Of a DNA stretch of 64,000 nt, positions 1 to 9,817 are shown piece by piece. The position numbers and the translations under genes are program-made. The stretch is taken from the NCBI GenBank assembly GCA_965216905.1, contig OZ244213.1, forward strand, positions 1,210,735-1,274,734, written 5' to 3'. The notes below the pieces were generated by a model, which was not told the origin of the DNA, did no database searches, and saw only the letters and a list, made by a program, of their open reading frames with translations. How positions within the stretch are numbered: position 1 is the first letter of the stretch; each line of letters starts with the position of its first letter. The DNA comes from Acidimicrobiia bacterium. GTDB lineage: Bacteria > Actinomycetota > Acidimicrobiia > Spongiisociales > ZC4RG35.

Positions 1-336
1 CAGGCGAGCGGGTCCCCACACGCGAAGCTGGCCGCAACACTCCGCCACGTGCTCCCCCCGAAGGTGGCCGGACCCATCGCGCTACTCGAGGCGACCGACT
101 TCGACGTGGTCGTCATGGCCCACTCCGGTCTCGACGGGTTCGCTCGCGTGTCCGACATATGGAGAGGCGGGATGGTGGGCACCGAGGTGCACGTCGATTT
201 CCGCCGAATTCCCCGCCGCGAGATTCCGGCCGACCGAGCCGGTCGAGAACGATGGATTCACCGGCTCTGGGTCGGGATCGACGTATGGGTCGAGGGCAAT
301 CGAGCCAGTCCGGTCCGTGGGCGATCAGGTGGGTGA
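1..336 (+). CDS. 3' end of a CDS that starts before the window; product unknown.
   Basis: Frame 1 is open from base 1 to the stop at 336. Composition is normal and it converges on the following minus-strand gene. No family recognised. Confidence 0.25.
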   Translation, partial: QASGSPHAKLAATLRHVLPPKVAGPIALLEATDFDVVVMAHSGLDGFARVSDIWRGGMVGTEVHVDFRRIPRREIPADRAGRERWIHRLWVGIDVWVEGNRASPVRGRSGG

Positions 337-356
337 CGGGCCAGGCGAGGTCGATC

Positions 357-1160
357 TCACCGGCGGTCGAGCGCCGCCACCAGGTCCTCGGCGCTCGCAG
401 CCCACTCGTCGGCTCCACATCGTTCGGCGACCGCGGAGTCGGTGATCGCGCTGCCACCCACGATGATCGCCACCGGTGGGCGGTGGCGGCGCAGCGCCGC
501 CACCGCCGCGGCCGCATCGTCGATCGCCTCGCGGAGGGTCACCGACAAGACCACCGCATTCGCTTCCGCCCGGGTGACGGCCGCCACCAGCGAATCGACG
601 GGGACCGCGCAGCCGAGGTCGTAGGTCTCCCAGCCTTCGAGCCGCAACAGATCGGCCAACATCGCCGTCGCCAGAGCATGCTGGTCGGCTGCCGGGGTCG
701 CCAGAACCACCCGACCCCTACTGCGGCCCCGCCGAGCAAACCGAGGGCTCAGGCGCCCGATCAGCCGCAGTGCGACCGCCGTGGCCAGATGCTCCTCGTC
801 CACGCCGATCTCGCCGGCCTCCCACCGCGAGCCAATCGAGTGAAGCGCCGGGGTCATCAGGCTGAGGTAGACGTCGGACGCGCTGGTACCGGACGCCATG
901 GCCGCCTCCACGACTCCCCAGGCGCCGGCCGCATCGCCGGCGATCATCCGCGATTCGAGACGCTCGGTCCAGTTCGCCGAGCCTCGCCCGACCGGACGAG
1001 TCGATGCTCCGAACGACTCCACCGCATCGGCCTCGACCACCCACTTGCCACCCGACTTGCTGGCAGGCAGCAATCCCAACCGCACGTATCGGTAGGCGGT
1101 CATGTAGTGCACGCCAAGGGCGTCTGCGGCTTCTTGAAGGGTCATGGAATCAGTGGACAT
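357..1160 (-). CDS. MerR-family transcriptional regulator with a C-terminal cobalamin (B12)-binding domain (LitR/CarH-like).
   Basis: N-terminal MerR HTH (LQEAADALGVHYMTAYRYVRLG). C-terminal Rossmann-like B12-binding domain with a DxHxx(G/A)-like motif (ADQHALA). 267 aa. Confidence 0.72.
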   Translation of the reverse strand: MSTDSMTLQEAADALGVHYMTAYRYVRLGLLPASKSGGKWVVEADAVESFGASTRPVGRGSANWTERLESRMIAGDAAGAWGVVEAAMASGTSASDVYLSLMTPALHSIGSRWEAGEIGVDEEHLATAVALRLIGRLSPRFARRGRSRGRVVLATPAADQHALATAMLADLLRLEGWETYDLGCAVPVDSLVAAVTRAEANAVVLSVTLREAIDDAAAAVAALRRHRPPVAIIVGGSAITDSAVAERCGADEWAASAEDLVAALDRR

Positions 1161-1217
1161 ACAAACTGGTTGTCTATATTATCACTAAACCCGCCCTCCG
1201 GAGAATCAGAGGCTTCC

Positions 1218-1514
1218 ATGAACGTCGAACTACCCATCCACGACGAGGAGTTGCTCCTCGAATGGCGCGACCTCGCCGCCTGCAACGCCGCCGATCCCGA
1301 TCTCTTCTTCCCCGCCGGGGAGACCGGCCCGGCTGCCGGCCAGATCCAAGCCGCCAAGCGCATCTGCGGCGGTTGCGACGTTCGCGAAGAGTGTCTCACC
1401 TATGCCATCGAGACCAACCAGGTGGCCGGGATCTGGGGTGGGGTCACCGAAGACGAACGGCGTCCGATTCGGCGCAAGTGGCTGGCGGAACGACGACGCC
1501 GCCGAGCTTCGTGA
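1218..1514 (+). CDS. WhiB-family (Wbl) Fe-S transcription factor.
   Basis: 98 aa. Four Cys (CNAAD...C..GGC...EEC), the GIWGG motif and a basic C-terminal tail, all typical of Wbl proteins. Confidence 0.85.
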   Translation: MNVELPIHDEELLLEWRDLAACNAADPDLFFPAGETGPAAGQIQAAKRICGGCDVREECLTYAIETNQVAGIWGGVTEDERRPIRRKWLAERRRRRAS

Positions 1515-1570
1515 ACTCGGATCCAACCGCCGGCCTCGCCGTCGACGTGCCGGTCGACCAGCTCCGTCGG

Positions 1571-2143
1571 ATGCGCGGCATGAACGCTGCCTATCACCGG
1601 CGCTTCTTCACCGACGTCTGGCTGACCGCCGGTTCCGTGCTGGCCCTCTTCGTCGCCGGAACCGCCCTATCGGACGTCCTCTTCCTCGCCATCCCGGTCG
1701 TGGCGCTGCTCGGGGCGAACCAGACGGCATTCGACGCCTCCTACCTGACGTTCTCGCGTCAGTACGCCGCCAGCATCGAGCGGGAACTCAACGACGCAAT
1801 CGGGGCAGATGTCCTCGTCGCCCATCGACTCGAGGCCGACTATCTCTACCCCCTCGGGGTGCGGAAGGTGGTGACCGTGCCAGTACGCGGCCCACTCACC
1901 TGGTTCGGTTTCATGACGTTCTTCTACACGGCGCTGGGTATCGCCGCCTTCGGTGTCGGTCTCGTCCTCGGAGTGCGGGCGCTGGGATGGGGGTGGGTTG
2001 CCGCCGCCTACCTGGTGGGCCTCGGCGGCCTGACCCTCTCGTCGCTGGCGACGGGAGGTTGGTGGTTCGTCGGCGGCGCCGGGGAACGCCGTCTCGAGGC
2101 CGTCCTCGACGGCTACCGAATCCCACCGGCTGCCGGGCGGTGA
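1571..2143 (+). CDS. Hypothetical polytopic membrane protein.
   Basis: About 190 aa with several hydrophobic helices (FFTDVWLTAGSVLALFVAG..., WFGFMTFFYTALGIAAFGV...). Start chosen at the in-frame ATG after the wbl stop. No family recognised. Confidence 0.45.
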   Translation: MRGMNAAYHRRFFTDVWLTAGSVLALFVAGTALSDVLFLAIPVVALLGANQTAFDASYLTFSRQYAASIERELNDAIGADVLVAHRLEADYLYPLGVRKVVTVPVRGPLTWFGFMTFFYTALGIAAFGVGLVLGVRALGWGWVAAAYLVGLGGLTLSSLATGGWWFVGGAGERRLEAVLDGYRIPPAAGR

Positions 2144-2144
2144 G

Positions 2145-3161
2145 GTGACCGCGCGGCCCGCGGCGACCGCGTTCTGTCAGAATCCCGACGTGATCGTCGA
2201 CGCGGCCCTCTACATCGACGGCCGGCGGGACCCGAAACCCTTCTCGCTCGCCGGTGCCCGCTCGGCCGCGCGCCGGGACGGCACCTTCTGCTGGATCGGG
2301 CTGTATGAGCCCGATGAGTCGGAGTTCGAATCGGTCCGCTCTGCCTTCGACCTCCACGAGTTGGCGGTGGAAGATGCCATCCAAGCCCACCAGCGTCCCA
2401 AGCTGGAGCTCTACGACGACACCCTGTTCGTGGTTCTCAAGCCGGCCCGCTACCTCGACGCGGAGGAGACGGTCGATCTCGGCGAAATTCTCCTGTTCAT
2501 CGACGACGACTTCGTCGTCGCGGTCCGCCACGGCGAAGCCAGCCAACTGATCACCGTCCGGTCGACGCTGGAGACGCAACCGGAGGAGTTGCGGATCGGC
2601 TCGGGCGCGGTGCTCCTCGCCGTGGTGGAGCGAGTCGTCGACGACTACACCCAGGTGCTCCTCGGACTCGAGAACGACATACGCGAACTCGAGAAGGAGG
2701 TGTTCTCGGAGACCTCCGGCGCTCCCACGGAGCGGATCTACAAGCTGAAGCGCGAAGTCGTGGAGTTCGCCCAGGCCACCAACCCGCTGCTCAGTCCCCT
2801 GGACCGATTGGCCAGGGGGCGGTTCGGAGCGATTCATCCCGACCTGCGGGAGTACTTTCGGGACACCCACGACCAGCTCCAGCGCCAGGTGGACCAGATC
2901 TCGACCTTCAGCGATCTTCTCACCTCGATCCTCGACGCCAACCTCACCCAGGTGGGCGTTCGCCAGAACGAAGACATGCGGAGGATCTCGGCCTGGGTGG
3001 CGATGGCGGCGGCGCCCACGCTGCTCGCCGCGGTCTGGGGCATGAACTTCGACCGGATGCCAGAACTCCAGTGGCGAATCGGATACCCGCTCGCCCTCGT
3101 GCTGATGCTCTCGATCAGCGGATTCCTCTACTCACGCTTCAAGCGGTCGGGCTGGCTCTGA
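2145..3161 (+). CDS. corA: CorA-family Mg2+/Co2+ transporter.
   Basis: 338 aa. Two C-terminal TM helices with the GMN motif (AAVWGMNFDRMPE) and a CorA-like acidic soluble domain. Confidence 0.85.
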   Translation: MTARPAATAFCQNPDVIVDAALYIDGRRDPKPFSLAGARSAARRDGTFCWIGLYEPDESEFESVRSAFDLHELAVEDAIQAHQRPKLELYDDTLFVVLKPARYLDAEETVDLGEILLFIDDDFVVAVRHGEASQLITVRSTLETQPEELRIGSGAVLLAVVERVVDDYTQVLLGLENDIRELEKEVFSETSGAPTERIYKLKREVVEFAQATNPLLSPLDRLARGRFGAIHPDLREYFRDTHDQLQRQVDQISTFSDLLTSILDANLTQVGVRQNEDMRRISAWVAMAAAPTLLAAVWGMNFDRMPELQWRIGYPLALVLMLSISGFLYSRFKRSGWL

Positions 3162-3215
3162 GTCGCTACTGCCGAGGATCCCGTCGGCGCCGACGCTCGC
3201 TCTACCATCGACGGC

Positions 3216-4487
3216 ATGCCAGCCACGGTCGTGCTCGGAGCGCAATGGGGTGACGAGGGCAAGGGAAGGGTCACCGACTACTTCGCCAGGTCCGCCGACT
3301 ACGTGGTGCGGTATCAGGGAGGCAACAACGCCGGCCACACGATCATCGTCGGCGATCGGAAGTTCGCGCTGTCGATGATCCCCTCCGGCGTGATGTACCC
3401 GTCCTGTGTACCGGTGATCGCCTCGGGGTGCGTGATCGATCCAACCGTCCTCCTCGGCGAGGTCGACATGCTCACCGACGAGGACATCGACCCGTCGGCG
3501 CTCCGGATCTCGTCGAACGCTCATCTGATCATGCCGTACCACCGCAAGCTCGACGCGGTGATGGAACGCTATCTGGGACGAAACCGGATCGGCACGACCA
3601 AGAAGGGCATCGGGCCGGCCTATACCGACAAGTACTCCCGGCGCGGCATCCGCGTGCAGGACCTCTTCGACGAGAAGATCTTCCGAGACAAGGTCGAGGC
3701 GGCGCTGGACGACACGAACCGTGTTCTCACGCGGGTGTACAACCAGTTGCCGATGACCGGAGAACGGATCGCCGACGAGTACCTGGGCCACGCGGAACGC
3801 CTTCTGCCGTTCGTCGAGGACACCTCCTTACTGCTGTGGCGAGCACTCTCCGAGGGAGAGAGCGTGCTGTTCGAGGGCGCCCAGGGGACACTGCTCGACA
3901 TCGATCACGGCACGTATCCGTTCGTCACGTCCTCGAACCCGACCGCCGGAGGGGCAGTGATCGGCTCGGGTATCGGTCCCAAAGCGATCGACCGAGTGGT
4001 GGGAGTTGCGAAGGCCTACATCTCCCGGGTGGGTACGGGACCGTTCCCCACCGAGCTCGCCGACGAGACCGGCGACCGCCTCATCGAGCTGGGGGGCGAG
4101 TACGGGACCGTGACCGGGCGACGCCGGCGGTGTGGTTGGCTCGACCTGGTGGCCCTCCGCTATGCGGTGCGGGTCAACTCCCTCACCGATCTCTTCCTGA
4201 CCAAGCTCGACATCCTCTCGTCGTTCGACCGGATCGGGGTGGCGGTCGGGTATCGGACGAGTGACCAGTCCTTCGACGAGTTTCCTCGCCAGCAGCGGGT
4301 GTTGTACGACTGTGTGCCCGAGATCGAATACCTACCCGGGTGGCGGGAAGACATCTCCGACTGCCGAGACTTCGCCGAGCTGCCGGAGGCGGCTCGGGAC
4401 TACGTCCACGCCGTCGAGGACGCGGCCGGTGTCCCCATTCCGTGGGTCTCGGTCGGTCCGGAGCGACATCAACTCGTGTCTCGATGA
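3216..4487 (+). CDS. purA: Adenylosuccinate synthetase.
   Basis: The N-terminus GAQWGDEGKGRVTDY (P-loop) and full-length PurA-like sequence (423 aa). Confidence 0.95.
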   Translation: MPATVVLGAQWGDEGKGRVTDYFARSADYVVRYQGGNNAGHTIIVGDRKFALSMIPSGVMYPSCVPVIASGCVIDPTVLLGEVDMLTDEDIDPSALRISSNAHLIMPYHRKLDAVMERYLGRNRIGTTKKGIGPAYTDKYSRRGIRVQDLFDEKIFRDKVEAALDDTNRVLTRVYNQLPMTGERIADEYLGHAERLLPFVEDTSLLLWRALSEGESVLFEGAQGTLLDIDHGTYPFVTSSNPTAGGAVIGSGIGPKAIDRVVGVAKAYISRVGTGPFPTELADETGDRLIELGGEYGTVTGRRRRCGWLDLVALRYAVRVNSLTDLFLTKLDILSSFDRIGVAVGYRTSDQSFDEFPRQQRVLYDCVPEIEYLPGWREDISDCRDFAELPEAARDYVHAVEDAAGVPIPWVSVGPERHQLVSR

Positions 4488-5737
4488 AGGTACTCCTGAT
4501 CGGCTCCGGTGCCCGCGAGCATGCGCTCGGGTGGGCACTGCGACGGAGTACTCGCGTCACCGAGCTGTTGAGCCTCCCCGGCAATCCAGGTCTGGCCGCG
4601 CTCGGGAGCACCGTCGAGGGTGTGACGCCGACCGATGTGGGGGCGGTGGCTGCGGTCGCCCGAGTCCACGGCGTCGATCTCGTCGTCGTCGGCCCGGAGG
4701 CCCCATTGGCGGCCGGGATCGTCGACGCGCTCGACCGGCTCGGCATCCCGGCATTCGGACCAACCCGGCGCGCCGCCCGTTTGGAATCGTCGAAATCGGA
4801 GGCCAAGCGAGTCATGGAGGCGGCCGGCGTCCCGACACCGGGTGCCGCCACCTTCGACGAGGCGGCGGCGGCCCACTCCTACCTGGCGTCCCAACCCGGT
4901 CCGTACGTGGTCAAGGCCGACGGTCTCGCCGCCGGCAAGGGCGTCTTGGTCACCGCCGACCGCTCCGCCGCCGGCGCGTGGGTCGATCGATGTCTGGCGG
5001 GGGGCTTCGGTGAGGCGGGAACCCGGGTGGTGATCGAAGACTTCGCCGCCGGGCCCGAGTTGAGCGTCTTCGCCGTCTGTGACGGAACCGACGCGGTGGC
5101 CCTCGAGCCGGCCCGGGACTACAAGCGGCTCGGCGACGGCGACGCCGGACCCAACACCGGCGGGATGGGCAGCTACTCCCCGGTCACCCTTCACCCGGGT
5201 CTGGTCGAGGACGTGCTCGACCGCGTCATCCGCCCGACCCTCGCTCAGATGGCCGCCGAGGGGACGCCCTACGTCGGGTTCCTCTACGCCGGGCTGATCC
5301 TCACCGACGGTGGACCGCAGGTGATCGAGTTCAACGCACGGCTCGGCGATCCGGAGACCCAGGTCGTCCTCCCTCGATTGCAGAGCGACCTGGTCGACCT
5401 GATCGAGGCCGGGCTGGGTGGCGAGGTGCGCTCCGTCGAGCCGGCCTGGACGGCGGACCACGTCGTCAACGTCGTGCTCGCCTCACCGGGATATCCCGAG
5501 GATGCCCACATCGGGCAACACCTCACCGGAAACCTGCGGTCGGCCGAACGTTCCCTCGTCTTTCACGCCGGAACGGCCGAAGACGCCGCCGGCCGGCTGG
5601 TCACCGCCGGCGGTCGGGTCCTGAGCGTGGTGGGCCTCGGCGCAGATCTCGCGTCGGCCCGCGAGGTGGCGTACGACCGCGTCCGCGGCATCTCGTGGGC
5701 CGGAATGCAGTACCGGACCGACATCGCCGCGGGGTGA
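4484..5737 (+). CDS. purD: Phosphoribosylamine--glycine ligase.
   Basis: The N-terminus MKVLLIGSGAREHALGWAL and an ATP-grasp core (YVVKADGLAAGKGV). The ATG overlaps the purA stop (ATGA). Confidence 0.93.
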   Translation: MKVLLIGSGAREHALGWALRRSTRVTELLSLPGNPGLAALGSTVEGVTPTDVGAVAAVARVHGVDLVVVGPEAPLAAGIVDALDRLGIPAFGPTRRAARLESSKSEAKRVMEAAGVPTPGAATFDEAAAAHSYLASQPGPYVVKADGLAAGKGVLVTADRSAAGAWVDRCLAGGFGEAGTRVVIEDFAAGPELSVFAVCDGTDAVALEPARDYKRLGDGDAGPNTGGMGSYSPVTLHPGLVEDVLDRVIRPTLAQMAAEGTPYVGFLYAGLILTDGGPQVIEFNARLGDPETQVVLPRLQSDLVDLIEAGLGGEVRSVEPAWTADHVVNVVLASPGYPEDAHIGQHLTGNLRSAERSLVFHAGTAEDAAGRLVTAGGRVLSVVGLGADLASAREVAYDRVRGISWAGMQYRTDIAAG

Positions 5738-5781
5738 TCGCCGAACGGAGTCCGATCCGGCCACGCAGCTGATCTCCGGAC

Positions 5782-6117
5782 TCACTCCTCCATCGGGATG
5801 TCCGGGATGGCCCGAACCTCGCTCGACCCGTACCGGCTCGACGGCAGCTTGGCGGCCCACTCCTTGGCTTGTTCGACGTCCTCCACATCGACGATGTAGT
5901 AGCCACCGAGCACCTCGCGGGTCTCGGCGAATGGCCCATCCGTGACCAAGGTCTCACCGTCGCGAACGCGGACCGTCACTGCACTCGACACCTCGTCCAA
6001 GGGGTCGCCCGCCACCAGAACCCCCGCCTCCTGCAACTCCCGGGTGTAGTCGAACCACTCCTGCATCTCGGAGTCGCCCCCCTCCGGCGGGGTATAGATC
6101 AACAGCATGTAGCGCAT
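5782..6117 (-). CDS. YciI-like protein (DGPF domain).
   Basis: 111 aa. The N-terminus MRYMLLIYTPPEG and DGPFAETREVLGGYYIV are signature YciI-family motifs. Confidence 0.8.
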   Translation of the reverse strand: MRYMLLIYTPPEGGDSEMQEWFDYTRELQEAGVLVAGDPLDEVSSAVTVRVRDGETLVTDGPFAETREVLGGYYIVDVEDVEQAKEWAAKLPSSRYGSSEVRAIPDIPMEE

Positions 6118-6139
6118 CTGCTCTCCTTTCTCGTCTCTC

Positions 6140-7342
6140 TCACGACGAACCGGTTCGACCCACTTCGACAGCCAACGGCGCCGCCAAGGGGCCGACCGGC
6201 TCCACCACCACCGCGTCCAGTCGGAGCCACTCCGACAACAGCTTCAGCTCGGCGGCGAGCGCCGCCGCGACGTCGGCCACGTCGACGTTCGGCTCATGGT
6301 GCGAGGCCCGCACCAACAGCCGTCCAGCTCGGCGGTCCGCCTTCAGGTCCACCCGGGCCACCAGCCGGTCACCCCACAGGAATGGGAGCACGTAGTACCC
6401 GTACACCCGCTTGGCGGCCGGCACGTAGATCTCGATGCGGTACCGGAACCCGAAGATCCGCTCGGTCCGATCACGATGCCACACCAAGGGATCGAAAGGA
6501 GCCAGCAGCGCCCGGGCCTCCGCCTTTCGGGGCTGCACGGCCTCCCGGTGGATGAAGCCAGGTTCTCTCCAGCCCTCGACCTCTGCTCGAACGACGTCAC
6601 CGCGCTCGACGAGACGAGGCATCAAACGTCGGGCGTCTTTGATCGGAAGCCGGTGGTAGTCGGCAAACTCCCGCACCGTGCCCACACCGTGCGAGCGAGC
6701 GCCCAACGCCAAGAGCTCGACGATCGCCTCGTCCCGTGGGACGTCGGGCGCTTCGATCACCGACGGAGGATGGACCCGCTCGGCGAGGTCGTAGACGCGG
6801 GTGAAGCGGGGTCGATCCGCCACCGTGATCGAACCGCAGGCGAAGAGATGCTCCAGCGCGACCTTTCCCTTGCCGTAGCCCCACCATGGGCCGGTGCGGT
6901 GGCCGGGATCCTCCAGATCGGAGACGGTCACCGGCCCACGCCGCCGCACCTCGGCCAGCACTTGCTGGACGTACCCCGGATGCTCGGCTTCGAAGTCGTC
7001 CATCCGCCACCAGCTGCGACCCTCGATCATCCGATGACGGAGCAGCGGACGGTGCCGAACCGGGAGAACCGACGCCTCGTGCCCCCAGTACTCGAACATC
7101 TCCCCCGATCGCCACAGCCATCGGTCCAGGGCATCGGTCGGGTACGGGCCGAGTCGGGAGAAGAAAGGAAGGTAGTGCGCCCGTGCGACGACATTGACCG
7201 AATCGAGCTGGACGAGCGAGACATCATCGACGACCCGCCGAAAGTGCCGAACATCCACGCGCCCGGAAGGCCGGGGGCGAAGCAGCCCCTGGGCGGCGAG
7301 TGCCATCCGACGGGCGGAACGGGCAGAAACGGCGACGGCCAA
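6140..7342 (-). CDS. Winged-helix DNA glycosylase-like protein of the YcaQ/AlkZ (DUF1006) family. Start uncertain.
   Basis: 400 aa resembling the YcaQ/AlkZ family (LLRPRP, FEYWGHEASVLP, YVLPFLWGDRLVARVDLKADRRAG). Family recall only; no search was run. Confidence 0.55.
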   Translation of the reverse strand: MAVAVSARSARRMALAAQGLLRPRPSGRVDVRHFRRVVDDVSLVQLDSVNVVARAHYLPFFSRLGPYPTDALDRWLWRSGEMFEYWGHEASVLPVRHRPLLRHRMIEGRSWWRMDDFEAEHPGYVQQVLAEVRRRGPVTVSDLEDPGHRTGPWWGYGKGKVALEHLFACGSITVADRPRFTRVYDLAERVHPPSVIEAPDVPRDEAIVELLALGARSHGVGTVREFADYHRLPIKDARRLMPRLVERGDVVRAEVEGWREPGFIHREAVQPRKAEARALLAPFDPLVWHRDRTERIFGFRYRIEIYVPAAKRVYGYYVLPFLWGDRLVARVDLKADRRAGRLLVRASHHEPNVDVADVAAALAAELKLLSEWLRLDAVVVEPVGPLAAPLAVEVGRTGSS

Positions 7343-7393
7343 TGAGCGACCGACCCTAACCGCACCCCGCCGATCAGGCAGTGGTGGGCGTGA

Positions 7394-7978
7394 TCAGTTC
7401 TTCGGCGTGGAAGGCCGAGTCGCCTGCGGGGTGGTGGCCTGAGTCACCGACGTGGACGGCGTGCTCACGACGGGGGGATCGTCCGACTGACCGGGTGGAT
7501 CATCAGACTGCCCGGGGGGATCGTCCGGCTGACCCGGTGGATCATCAGACTGCCCTGGGGAGTCGTCGGACTGGCCCGGGGGCTCTTCCGGTGCATTCCC
7601 GCGCTCTTCGGCGATGTCCTGGCCGCGCGACCGCACCTCGTCGTACGCCTCGCCCAGGCCGCCGGCGGCCGACGGTGGCCTGGTGCCGTCGATGAGGTCC
7701 TGAAGCACCTCCTGGGCGGTCACGCTGGCCTCCCTGGCGCGAGTCGAGACGATCGAGTCGAGCGCCATGATCGCCTTGGCGAGACCCGCATCGATGGTCA
7801 CGTCGGAATCATGGTGATCGATCCGAGCCTGCGCGGCGACGGCCCCGGCTTCGACGCCCTGGATGGCCGCAGCCAGTTGCTGCGGGTCGACCGAGCTGGC
7901 GCCGGCCTGGCCGACCACCAGCAGCAGGGCGGCCGAGCCACCCAGCAGCGATCCAAAGAGACGCCGGATACTGAACAT
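7394..7978 (-). CDS. Secreted protein with a heptad P-G-Q-S-D-D-P repeat region.
   Basis: The N-terminus MFSIRRLFGSLLGGSAALLLVVGQAGA fits a signal peptide. A structured N-terminal domain is followed by five PGQSDDP repeats and an S/T/P-rich tail. Confidence 0.6.
   Translation of the reverse strand: MFSIRRLFGSLLGGSAALLLVVGQAGASSVDPQQLAAAIQGVEAGAVAAQARIDHHDSDVTIDAGLAKAIMALDSIVSTRAREASVTAQEVLQDLIDGTRPPSAAGGLGEAYDEVRSRGQDIAEERGNAPEEPPGQSDDSPGQSDDPPGQPDDPPGQSDDPPGQSDDPPVVSTPSTSVTQATTPQATRPSTPKN
7475..7579. repeat. Five tandem copies of a 21-bp unit (encoding PGQSDDP on the minus strand).
   Basis: Directly visible: gggGGATCGTCCGaCTGaCC / GGTGGATCATCAGACTGCCC alternating units from about 7475 to 7579. 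Confidence 0.8.
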
Positions 7979-8010
7979 ACGAAGGTCAAGTCTCCTGGTT
8001 GCGGGACGCG

Positions 8011-8457
8011 TTACAGGTCGAGTCGATCCCGGTACTCCGGGCAGATGATCTCGACTCCCGCCCCGAGGATCACACCCCCCAGCCGCAGCTCGTCCGTGGT
8101 CACGACCTGCATCGGGTCGCGGTCGGAGACCGCTCCCACGTAGGCGGTCATGACCTCCTCCACGGTGAGCCCCTGGCCGAGCAGGTCACAGAACAGCACT
8201 GCCGTGCCGATGACCCCTTCCGGGTCTTCCAGCGCCACCCCTTCCTGCCCCGTTCCCCGAGTGGCATCGTCGACGGCGGCCAGGAAACTGGCCAGGAGCG
8301 GGATGTCGGCGGGCGCCATCACCTCGGGGACCGAAGACGTCGTCGAGTCGTGCACCTCCGTCGCCTCGGTCGGGGGCGGCACCAAGGTGCGGACCGGCGA
8401 TACCGAGGCGCAGGCGGCCAGCAAGAACATCAGGACCAGTGGGAGCCCTCCACGCAC
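8011..8457 (-). CDS. Putative lipoprotein.
   Basis: Signal peptide with a lipobox (LLAACAS), 148 aa, and two conserved-looking Cys (LFCDLL, ICPEY). Function unknown. Confidence 0.55.
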   Translation of the reverse strand: MRGGLPLVLMFLLAACASVSPVRTLVPPPTEATEVHDSTTSSVPEVMAPADIPLLASFLAAVDDATRGTGQEGVALEDPEGVIGTAVLFCDLLGQGLTVEEVMTAYVGAVSDRDPMQVVTTDELRLGGVILGAGVEIICPEYRDRLDL

Positions 8458-8518
8458 CCGGACAGGGTATCGCCGGCCACACCGATTGCACCTGTTCGGC
8501 CTGCAAGAATCTCCGGGC

Positions 8519-9814
8519 GTGATACCTCGCTACACCCTGCCCGACATGGCCGCGATCTGGTCGGACCAGCACCGCCTCGAGCTTTGGCAACGAGTCGAAG
8601 GGCTCGCCCTGGAAGGGTGGGAGGCGCTGAACATGGTGCCGGCCGGGGTCGGCCGGGCGGTCCTCGACGCCACCACTCCGACACCAGCGCAGGTCCGGGC
8701 CAGGGAAGAGGTCACCAACCACGACCTGGCTGCATTCGTCGACGTGCTCGCCGACGCAGTCCCGCACGGCTCCGAGTGGGTCCACTTCGGTCTCACCTCC
8801 TCCGATGTGCTCGACACGGCCGGCGGCGTCATGCTGGTGGAGGCGGCCGATCTCCTCCTCTCCGACGTGCGCCACCTGTTCGACGCAGTGAAGTCCAGGG
8901 CCCTCCAACACCGGGGAACGGCCATGATCGGCCGGACCCATGGAATCTGGGCAGAACCGACCAGCTTCGGTCTGAAGCTGGCCACCTGGGCATTCGAAGC
9001 GGCGAGAGGTCACGCCCGGCTCGCCGCCGCCCGGCAGCGAGTCGCGGTCGGAAAGATCAGCGGCGCCGTGGGGACCTACGCCCACTGTCCGCCGTCGATC
9101 GAGCGGCACGTGTGCACCGCGCTCGGCCTGGAACCGGAGCCGGCCTCCACTCAAATCGTCCAACGCGACCGACACGCCGAGTTCCTCGCGGTGCTGGCCC
9201 TCATCGGAGCCTCGGTCGAGCGATTCGCAACCGAGATCCGCCATCTGCAGCGGAGCGAGGTGGGCGAGGCGCGCGAGGCGTTCCGTCCGGGGCAGAAGGG
9301 CTCGTCGGCCATGCCCCACAAACGGAACCCCATCGTCTCCGAGCGCATGACCGGCATGGCCCGGCTCCTGCGCGGGTATGCCGTCACCGGACTCGAGAAC
9401 GTGGCGTTGTGGCACGAACGTGACATCAGCCATTCATCGGCGGAGCGGGTGGTCCTCCCCGACGCCTGTCTCACCCTCCACTACATGCTGGTCACCTTCA
9501 CTCGACTGGTGGAGCACCTGGTGGTCGATGCCGACCGCATGGCCGAGAACCTCACCGCCACCAACGGCCTCATCGCCTCCCAGGCCGTCCTGCTGGAGCT
9601 GGTCGGGGATGGCATGAGCCGTGACGACGCCTACCGGGTCGTCCAGCGCAACGCGTTGCGCTCCTGGGACGAGGGCAGCCCGCTCCTCGAGCTGCTCGAC
9701 GCCGACCCGGAAGTCTCACTCTCTCGCGAAGCCCTGTCCGATCTGTTGGCTCCGGCTCGGTTCCTCCGGGAGACCGGAGTGGTCTTCCAGAGACTGGCGG
9801 AACTGGAGATCTGA
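8519..9814 (+). CDS. purB: Adenylosuccinate lyase.
   Basis: The N-terminus [16 protein letters not shown], typical of PurB, with a GTG start. Fumarate-lyase signature [11 protein letters not shown]. Confidence 0.93.
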   Translation: MIPRYTLPDMAAIWSDQHRLELWQRVEGLALEGWEALNMVPAGVGRAVLDATTPTPAQVRAREEVTNHDLAAFVDVLADAVPHGSEWVHFGLTSSDVLDTAGGVMLVEAADLLLSDVRHLFDAVKSRALQHRGTAMIGRTHGIWAEPTSFGLKLATWAFEAARGHARLAAARQRVAVGKISGAVGTYAHCPPSIERHVCTALGLEPEPASTQIVQRDRHAEFLAVLALIGASVERFATEIRHLQRSEVGEAREAFRPGQKGSSAMPHKRNPIVSERMTGMARLLRGYAVTGLENVALWHERDISHSSAERVVLPDACLTLHYMLVTFTRLVEHLVVDADRMAENLTATNGLIASQAVLLELVGDGMSRDDAYRVVQRNALRSWDEGSPLLELLDADPEVSLSREALSDLLAPARFLRETGVVFQRLAELEI

Positions 9815-9817
9815 ACG

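Noticed and set aside
159-1514. A 451-aa plus-strand ORF spanning the MerR/B12 gene region.
   Set aside because: Extreme Arg/Gly/Pro composition typical of spurious frames in high-GC DNA. It is antisense to a well-supported MerR-B12 regulator. Only its last 98 codons (the wbl gene from 1218) are real.
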